The notes below the pieces were generated by a model, which saw only the letters and a program-made list of their open reading frames with translations, was not told the origin of the DNA and made no database searches. The position numbers and the translations under genes are program-made. DNA of 32,000 nucleotides, from NCBI RefSeq assembly GCF_000189295.2, contig NC_016803.1:2610001-2642000 (forward strand). Reading direction: 5' to 3'. This DNA is from Pseudodesulfovibrio mercurii (lineage in GTDB: Bacteria; Desulfobacterota; Desulfovibrionia; Desulfovibrionales; Desulfovibrionaceae). Every line of letters starts with the position of its first letter. The stretch's first letter is position 1. Shown one piece after another: positions 16,291 through 22,510 of the stretch.

Positions 16291-19072
16291 GGGCTATGCC
16301 AAGGTCACCTGCGCATATGACGACCGAGGCAACGCAACGGAATACGCCTACCAGGGCGCCGACGGTCAACCGATTCTCCGCAAGAACGGCTATGCCAGGC
16401 TGACCCGACGCTACGACGACCGGGGCAACCTGATCGAACAAGACTATTGGGGAGCGGATGGTCGGCCGATCCTGCAAAAGAACGGGTACGCCCGGCTGAT
16501 CCAACGCTATGATGACCGGGGCAACCTGATCGAACAATCCTATCGGGGAGTGGATGGTCAGCCCATTCTCCACAGGGATGGTTACGCCGGAGTGACCCAA
16601 ACATACGATGAACACGGCAACCTCATCGAGGAAGCCTATTGGGGCGTGGACGGGCAACCGATTCTCCACAAGGAAGGGTACGCCCGGCTGACCCGACGCC
16701 AGGATGACCGGGGCAACCTCATTGAACAATCCTATTGGGGAGTGGACGGTCGACCGATTCTCCGCAAGAACGGCTTTGCCCGGCTGACCCAACGCTATGA
16801 CGACCGGGGCAACCTGGTCGAACAAGACTATTGGGGCGTGGACGGTCAACCGATCCTCCGCAAGAACGGGTATGCCCGGCTGACCCGACGCTATGATGAT
16901 CGGGGCAACCTGATCGAACAATCCTATTGGGGGGTCGGCGGCCAACCGATTCTCCACGAAGAGGGTTACGCCCGGCTGATCCAACGCTATGACGACCGGG
17001 GCAACCTCATCGAACAATCCTATTGGGGGGTGGATGGTCGGCCGGTCCTCCGCGATAACGGCTATGCCAGGCTCACCTGCGAATATGATGATCGCGGCAG
17101 CCTCATCGGGGAGGCCTATTGGGGAGTCGGCGGGCAACCGATTCTCCACAAGGATGGGTACGCCCGGCTGAGCCAACAATACGATGACCGGGGCAACCTG
17201 ATTGAACAATCCTATTGGGGCGTGGACGACCGGCCGATTCTCCACAAGAACGGGTATGCCAGGCTCACCTGCGAATATGATGATCGCGGCAGCCTCATCG
17301 AGGAAGCCTATTGGGGCGTCGACGGGCAACCGATTCTCCAAAGGGATGGGTACGCCAGGTTGGCCCAACAATACGATGACCGGGGCAACCTGATTGAACA
17401 ATCCTATTGGGGCGTGGACGGTCAACCGATTCTTCGCAAGAAGGGGTTTGCCAGGCTGACCCAACGCTATGATGATCGCGGCAACATTCTTGAGGAAGCC
17501 TATTGGGGCGCCGACGGTCAGCCGATTCTCAATAAGGATGGCTACGCCAGGCTGACCCGGAAATACGACGGCCGGGACAACGTGACGGAATATGCCTACT
17601 GGGGAACCGACGGGCAGCCGATCCTCTGCAAAAACTATTTCGCCAGGCTGACCCAGAAATACGATGGTCGGGGCAATCTCGTCGAGGAGGCCTACTGGGG
17701 AACCGACGGGCAACCGATCCTTTGCAAAAACGCTTTCGCCAGGTTGACCCAACGCTATGATGGGCGGGGCAACCTCATTGAACAGGCCTATTGGGGACCT
17801 GATGGGCGGCCGATCCTTTGCAGTAACGGGTATGCCGGGTTCACCAGCGAATATGATGGCCGGGGCAACGTCATTGGACTAGCCTATTGGGGCGTTGACG
17901 GGAAGCCGACGTTTCTCAAAGCGGGCTATTGCATGCAGACCCGGCAATATGATGATCGAGGCAACGTCATTGAGGAAGCCTACTGGGGACCCGATGGGCA
18001 GCCGATCCTTTGCAGAAAAGGGTATGCCCGGGTCACTCAGCAATATGATGATCGGGGCAATGTCACGGGATACGCCTACTGGGGGGTAAGCGGGCAGCCG
18101 ATTCTTCAATGGGAGGGCTATGCCGGGGACACTCGAAAGTATGATGATCGAGACAACGTTACGGAACATGCCTACTGGGGAACCGATGGACGGCCGATCC
18201 TCTGCACGGAGGGGTATGCCAAGGTCGCCCTACGCTATGATGGTCGAGGGAACCTCATCGAAGAAGTCTACCTGGGAATGGACGGGCAGCCGGTCCTGAG
18301 CAAAAGAACCGGTTTTTCCAGGCTCACAAAGAAATATGACGCCCAAGGGAATGTAACGGAATATGCGTGCTGGGGCGTTGACGGGAAACCCATCCTGCAT
18401 CCCGGCGGCTTTTCCAAATTCCTCGTGCGACATGATGCCCGGGGAAATCATATTGAGGAAGCCTATTACGGTCCGTCGGGAAAGCCCGTTCTTATCCAAA
18501 AAGGCTACGCCAAGCTCACCGAAAGGTATGACGATCGAGGGTACCGGATCGAGCAGGCCTATTGGGGAGTAGATGGAGCGCCCATCCTCCGGAAAGACGG
18601 TTTTGCCAAGCTCACCGAAAGGTATGATGGTCGAGGGCATGTCACGGAGCAAGCGTACTGGGGAGTGGACGGTAGGCCGATTCTCCACAAAAAGGGTTAT
18701 GCCAAGGTCACCTACGAGTATGATGATCGGGGCAACGTCATCGAGGAAGCCTACTGGGGAGTGGATGGACGGCCGATCCTCAACCAAAATGGATATGCCA
18801 GGCTGACCCCGAAACATGACGACCGAGGCAACATCATTGAGGAAGCCTACTGGGGAGTGGATGGACGGCCGATCCTCAACGGAGAGGGGTGTGCCGTGCT
18901 GACGCTCAAGTATGACGGCCGGGGGAACGTCACGGAACACGCCTTTTGGGGAATAGACGGAAGACCCATATCGGGTGCAAAGGGATATGCCAAATGCACC
19001 CTGAAATATGCTCCCGAGACGAATGCATTGCTCGAAGTCCGCTACTATGACGCAAAGGGAAATGTCATGAAG
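15730..19072 (+). repeat. coding tandem array: 35 units of 96 bp (32 aa), consensus GYARLTRRYDDRGNLIEQAYWGVDGRPILxKx (YD/RHS-like beta-hairpin repeat)
   Basis: I counted the units directly from the translation: 6 in the first ORF and 29 in the second. One unit is 82 bp (16234-16315), one is 33 aa, and the last is a degenerate 30 aa. Each unit looks like two 16-aa halves (xxAxxxxxYDxxGNxI and ExAYWGxDGxPIxxxx). 15873-16026 is identical to 16243-16396 (154 nt). A 37-nt string (GCTATGCCAAGGTCACCTGCGCATATGACGACCGAGG) occurs three times. Confidence 0.9.
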
Positions 19073-19075
19073 TAA
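16043..19075 (+). CDS. 3' portion of the same TIR-repeat gene (29 further 32-aa repeat units), in the +1 frame relative to 14338..16290
   Basis: The ORF-track frame opens at 16043, but its first ~67 codons are out-of-frame readings of the repeats. Meaningful repeat translation starts at 16244 (EEAYRGVDGRPVLCDEGYAKVTCAYDDRGN...). It runs to the TAA at 19073-19075. There is no independent Shine-Dalgarno or start context at 16244, so this is most simply the continuation of one disrupted gene. Confidence 0.7.
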   Translation: MTTGATWSNKPIGGWMVGPFSTRMVTPRSPASTMIAATSSRKRTGEWMGGRSFAVMAMPRSPAHMTTEEAYRGVDGRPVLCDEGYAKVTCAYDDRGNATEYAYQGADGQPILRKNGYARLTRRYDDRGNLIEQDYWGADGRPILQKNGYARLIQRYDDRGNLIEQSYRGVDGQPILHRDGYAGVTQTYDEHGNLIEEAYWGVDGQPILHKEGYARLTRRQDDRGNLIEQSYWGVDGRPILRKNGFARLTQRYDDRGNLVEQDYWGVDGQPILRKNGYARLTRRYDDRGNLIEQSYWGVGGQPILHEEGYARLIQRYDDRGNLIEQSYWGVDGRPVLRDNGYARLTCEYDDRGSLIGEAYWGVGGQPILHKDGYARLSQQYDDRGNLIEQSYWGVDDRPILHKNGYARLTCEYDDRGSLIEEAYWGVDGQPILQRDGYARLAQQYDDRGNLIEQSYWGVDGQPILRKKGFARLTQRYDDRGNILEEAYWGADGQPILNKDGYARLTRKYDGRDNVTEYAYWGTDGQPILCKNYFARLTQKYDGRGNLVEEAYWGTDGQPILCKNAFARLTQRYDGRGNLIEQAYWGPDGRPILCSNGYAGFTSEYDGRGNVIGLAYWGVDGKPTFLKAGYCMQTRQYDDRGNVIEEAYWGPDGQPILCRKGYARVTQQYDDRGNVTGYAYWGVSGQPILQWEGYAGDTRKYDDRDNVTEHAYWGTDGRPILCTEGYAKVALRYDGRGNLIEEVYLGMDGQPVLSKRTGFSRLTKKYDAQGNVTEYACWGVDGKPILHPGGFSKFLVRHDARGNHIEEAYYGPSGKPVLIQKGYAKLTERYDDRGYRIEQAYWGVDGAPILRKDGFAKLTERYDGRGHVTEQAYWGVDGRPILHKKGYAKVTYEYDDRGNVIEEAYWGVDGRPILNQNGYARLTPKHDDRGNIIEEAYWGVDGRPILNGEGCAVLTLKYDGRGNVTEHAFWGIDGRPISGAKGYAKCTLKYAPETNALLEVRYYDAKGNVMK

Positions 19076-21008
19076 TGGACAACCCGCAAGACTCCTTCAG
19101 CAACTTCGGCAGGGTCCGTTGCATGTCCCTGTCGAATTCCTTTGTCTTTTCACTCAGCTCGTCAAAGGGGATCATGTCCGGGTGCGTCAGGCGCAAATCG
19201 TCGCGCGGTCCTTTTTCCCAGCCCGCCAGGACGCGTTCGACCCACCAGCGGTTGTGCTCCTGTTCGGCCATGGTCTCGATTTGTTCGTCGGTGAACGTGG
19301 CGTTGTCCGTATCCGCCTCGGCGGCGGCCAGGCTGAATCCGTTGCTCCTCAGGCGCTCGAGATAGGCGTCCGCCTGGTAGCGGTTCGACCAGCGGTATTT
19401 CTCGCTCAGCCGTTCCCAGGGCTTTTGCGCGGGTTTGTTCCGATCCATCCAGCCGTTGGCCTGCAACGTGTTCAGATATACCTGATGAATGGACCGCGCC
19501 AACCGTTCCTGCTGGGCGTCGTCAAGAAGGTACTCGTCCAGCGAGCCGAAGAAACGGATATTGTCCCACCGGGTGTCCGGGGCCTCCACCTGCCGGTCCT
19601 TTTCCCTGGTCGTGACCGAAACGGCGGTTTGCTCCTGAAGCCGCCGGGCGAATTCGGAAAGACCGGCGGTCACTTCCTGCCGGACCAATATCGGAATCTC
19701 GCCGATCAGCACCTCGGGGGGCAATCCCAGGGCCGTGGACATGGACTGGTCGGGATCGGAGAGACAGATGACCACGGTGAGTATTTTCTTTTCGTCCAAG
19801 GCCAGCCCGGTCAGCAATTCCCTGGCCTCGGGAGCATCCGCCGCGGCCTCGTGAAAGACGAAGCGCACGCCGGGCAGGCGGCCATCCACCAGGCCGTGCT
19901 GCATCTCGAAAGCGGTCCTCCTTGTGCCGAGGTCGGGATCAAAAACCACGATTTCGGCATCCTGGTTGTTGGCATGGTTGGCCAGCCGCGCCGCCTGCAA
20001 GGCCATGGCCTGCCCCATCTGCCCGAATCCGAGGATCGCGACCACCACGTTCGCGCCCGGGGCGCGCCTACTGTACAGTAGCGGAGGGTAGGGGGGATGC
20101 GGATGGCGGGCGTCCGGCAGGCGGCTCCAGACCTTGCGGGCCCAGCCTTCGTAAAAATTGAAGGGGCGGAAATCCAGGAATTGGCGGTCTTCCTCCGACA
20201 GATCGATCTCCTGGAGCAGATCGTATGTCCGCAGATGGGAAATGGCCACCTGGCAGCCGAGCAGGCCGGATGGGGTGCCGGGAGATGCCTTGGAAACCAT
20301 CTCCGCTATGCGCATGGCCGTTTGCAGGTTGCGGCTGTTGCTGCCCCTTACCTGGGGATCGCCCAAGATGACCACCTTCCGTGCGGCCCAGGGGCGGAGA
20401 TTCCGTAATTCTTCAACGGCATCGAAGGACCCGTGGAAAATGAAGACATGCCGGGTTTTCTTTCGGAGTTCCTTTGCATCAAAAGCGGAGAAGGTCGTGA
20501 GGGCGTTGCGCACCTTCTCGGCCTCGCTCATGGTCAGGACGACCACCTCCCGGCATCCCTCGGAAAGCAGGTGATGCACCGTTGCGGGACCCATGCGGTC
20601 CCACCCCAAGATGATGCCGTGGTCCTTCTTGAAGGTATACCGGGCAAGCCCTTGACGAGCCCGGCGCATGCGGCGCTCATACGTGTTCACCAGCACCGAG
20701 ACGAACAGGCCCCCCAAAAGGAGGAACCCGGCCAGGGATAAAGCCACACTGAGAAGACGCCATTCGGAATGTCCCGCCTCATTTCCCAAAAAGCCCGGAT
20801 CCATCGTGTGTACGAACGCCCACCAGAACGGATCACAGGAATTCGTTCCGAGAACGTCGATGTTCATGCTCTTGGCAACCAGCCATCCCGCCAGGAGGAT
20901 GACGCAATAGGTAACGATCAGCATCCGGACTTGACTGAAAACGGACCCGGCCAAGATCCTGTCGAGCTGTTTGGAAATGAAGCTGCAAGGCAAGATTTTC
21001 ATTGTCAC
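19065..21008 (-). CDS. 2-TM ion-channel-like protein with two RCK/TrkA-N-like Rossmann modules and C-terminal tandem RyR-type domains (647 aa)
   Basis: The likely start is the GTG at 21006-21008, with AAGGA 6 nt upstream; an alternative ATG lies at 21000-21002. TM1 is VRMLIVTYCVILLAGWLVA. The pore-helix-like string is DPFWWAFVHTMDPGFLG, which has no TVGYG filter. TM2 is LLSVALSLAGFLLLGGLFVSVLV. The channel region spans about 20679-20927. Rossmann motifs are GIILGWDRMG and VVAILGFGQMGQA. RyR-type motifs lie at about 19089-19511: ERLARSIHQVYLNTLQANGW...KPWERLSEKYRWSNRYQADAYLERLRSNGF and MAEQEHNRWWVERVLAGWEKGP...THPDMIPFDELSEKTKEFDRDM. The stop codon overlaps the convergent TIR-repeat gene by 11 bp. 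Confidence 0.8.
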   Translation of the reverse strand: MTMKILPCSFISKQLDRILAGSVFSQVRMLIVTYCVILLAGWLVAKSMNIDVLGTNSCDPFWWAFVHTMDPGFLGNEAGHSEWRLLSVALSLAGFLLLGGLFVSVLVNTYERRMRRARQGLARYTFKKDHGIILGWDRMGPATVHHLLSEGCREVVVLTMSEAEKVRNALTTFSAFDAKELRKKTRHVFIFHGSFDAVEELRNLRPWAARKVVILGDPQVRGSNSRNLQTAMRIAEMVSKASPGTPSGLLGCQVAISHLRTYDLLQEIDLSEEDRQFLDFRPFNFYEGWARKVWSRLPDARHPHPPYPPLLYSRRAPGANVVVAILGFGQMGQAMALQAARLANHANNQDAEIVVFDPDLGTRRTAFEMQHGLVDGRLPGVRFVFHEAAADAPEARELLTGLALDEKKILTVVICLSDPDQSMSTALGLPPEVLIGEIPILVRQEVTAGLSEFARRLQEQTAVSVTTREKDRQVEAPDTRWDNIRFFGSLDEYLLDDAQQERLARSIHQVYLNTLQANGWMDRNKPAQKPWERLSEKYRWSNRYQADAYLERLRSNGFSLAAAEADTDNATFTDEQIETMAEQEHNRWWVERVLAGWEKGPRDDLRLTHPDMIPFDELSEKTKEFDRDMQRTLPKLLKESCGLSITS

Positions 21009-21164
21009 GTTTCATCCTTGTCGAAGAAGATGGATACCCGCATGCGTCATGTGGGGCCTGCGGCACAAAATGAACGTTTGCCGAGGCCCTCGTTTCAGAT
21101 CCGGGCTTGCGTCCGCTCCCGGCTTCTTTCCGGCCGTCCATTCCAGGCAATTTGCCTGATGGAT

Positions 21165-21254
21165 GGCAAACTCCGCAGGCGTCGGGTTGCCCAAGGAACA
21201 GAGAGGACGATCCACATTGTAGTCCCGCCTCCACGCTCCGACTTTACGCTGCGT
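21165..21254 (-). pseudogene. remnant of an IS3-family transposase (C-terminal end of the rve/integrase-core OrfB)
   Basis: The translation TQRKVGAWRRDYNVDRPLCSLGNPTPAEFA matches the conserved IS3 OrfB C-terminal signature (..W...YN..RPHSSLG..TP.EF), with HS replaced by LC. I could not find the catalytic core upstream in any frame, so only about 30 codons survive. Confidence 0.55.
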
Positions 21255-22172
21255 ATCCCCCGGAGACAATCAACATGTCCAGCCGGCCATATCAACAGGA
21301 GAATCGGACAATAACCCTCCTCTTGCAAGGGTATAGCCCGTGGACATCTTCGGAGCAACCTTGCGCTTTTTACTCTCCGAAGCATTCGCTCCCGCGCGTG
21401 TTGTCGTGAGCCTTGCCCCTATTCCTGGGCGCCGGCCGCTTGGCAACCACAGGGAAGAACGGAGGCGGCGAAAAGGGACGAAACGTCCGTCCGTCGCCTC
21501 TGCCGATCCCCGATCCCCAACCGGATTCCTCCAGGCGTTTTTCGGCAAGATGTATGGGTGATGCGCCACCCGGACCTGTGGCCATGGGTTCCGGTTCCAG
21601 GCGAAGCGCTTCGGTCTGGATTCCCCGGTCGCCGGGCTCCGTCCGTCCGCTTTCGCCTGGGCGTCATGCGGGGCGGAATGAAGCTCCACGTTGTTCGACC
21701 AAAACGGATGGCTGCCCGCCTTCGTCCGGGTGACCAAGGCCCGGCTGCACGATTCCGGGATGGCCGAGATGCTGAAGCGGCCCAAGGGGTCCATCGCCGT
21801 ATGACCAGGCCCACGGCAACCATTCCCGGTTTCGGACGCTGGAAGCTCCCCGCGTGTCCCTTGTCGCCAGGCGCGGGACCAACGCCCTTCATGCAGAGGT
21901 CAGGCGACGTTCTGCCGGGAAAGGCGGGGCGTGACCTCGGGCCGCGCGGTCAACGCCATCGTCCGCGGCAAGGCGTTCCGCCTTCGGCGCAGGGGCGACC
22001 GAGACAGGGAAAGCGGAAAGTACCAAGCGGTTGCGAGGATCGAGGCCCTGTGGGTTGATGAGACCGACACCGCACGGCAAGAAGCCGTTGAAGCGTGAGG
22101 AAGATCGACGAGAATTCACCCACCCACGAAAAAGGCTTCCGTCAAAACTGACGAAAGCCTTTGATTCCGAAG

Positions 22173-22248
22173 TGGTGCTCGGGGACAGAATTGAACTGCC
22201 GACACGGGGATTTTCAGTCCCCTGCTCTACCGACTGAGCTACCCGAGC
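22173..22248 (-). tRNA. tRNA-Phe (anticodon GAA), 76 nt with encoded CCA
   Basis: The reverse complement reads GCTCGGGTAGCTCAGTCGGTAGAGCAGGGGACTGAAAATCCCCGTGTCGGCAGTTCAATTCTGTCCCCGAGCACCA. The acceptor stem GCTCGGG/CCCGAGC is perfect, as are the D stem GCTC/GAGC and the anticodon stem GGGGA/TCCCC. The anticodon loop is CTGAAAA, placing GAA at positions 34-36. The T arm is GGCAG-TTCAATT-CTGTC, and a 3' CCA is encoded. Confidence 0.95.
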
Positions 22249-22436
22249 AACCCGTCGAGAAGTTGGGGTTTACCCAAATGGCGGGCCGTTTGCAACCCCT
22301 TTTTTTCAGACGAGCCCTTTTTCCCGGCGAGGACGGGGCGGTCGCGGTTGCCGGACCGTGCGGGGCGGGCGCGATTTGCGGGCTGCGGTTCGTCCTGCTG
22401 CGCGTATCGCCTGGCCGTCGGAGTGCTCGAGCCGGA

Positions 22437-22485
22437 TCGGCGCTAAGTCGGCGCTAAGTCGGCGCTGAGTCGGCGCTGGGTCGGC
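22437..22485. repeat. 11-bp tandem repeat, about 4.4 copies (TCGGCGCTAAG)
   Basis: The sequence reads TCGGCGCTAAG TCGGCGCTAAG TCGGCGCTGAG TCGGCGCTGGG TCGGC. It sits in the non-coding gap between tRNA-Phe and the 3' end of the AOR gene. Confidence 0.85.
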
Positions 22486-22510
22486 AATAGGCCGGGGGCG
22501 GGCCGGGAGC

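Larger units (their letters stand above)
10810..22172. mobile_element. putative tRNA-Phe-associated genomic island (lower-GC block carrying the TIR/SLOG-like/RyR-channel/FHA-protease genes)
   Basis: Hand-counted 60-nt samples give about 47% GC at 11101-11160, 48% at 14341-14400 and 57% at 19081-19140. The flanking vWA gene gives about 77% at 5401-5460. The block ends at the 3' end of tRNA-Phe (22173), next to an IS3-type transposase remnant. I found no integrase and no flanking direct repeat, so the boundaries are approximate. Confidence 0.45.

Noticed and set aside
16223-17752. 509-aa minus-strand ORF with a collagen-like looking GQPG.. periodicity
   Set aside because: The periodicity is simply the mirror image of the 96-bp coding repeat on the plus strand. 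It has no independent start signal, and the sense-strand repeat (YDDRGN / WGVDG.PIL) is the conserved-looking one.
15730-19072. Regular 96-bp periodicity, considered as a possible CRISPR array
   Set aside because: The array has no alternation of constant repeats with unique spacers; the whole unit is repeated with scattered substitutions. It is in frame as a protein repeat for 3.3 kb. No cas genes are present in the window.
21270-22130. ORFs between the IS3 remnant and tRNA-Phe (for example 21270..21794 -, 21419..21892 -, 21558..22058 +)
   Set aside because: They overlap one another, are R/G/P-rich, and match no integrase, transposase or other family that I recognise. This may be decayed mobile-element DNA, but I cannot support any call.
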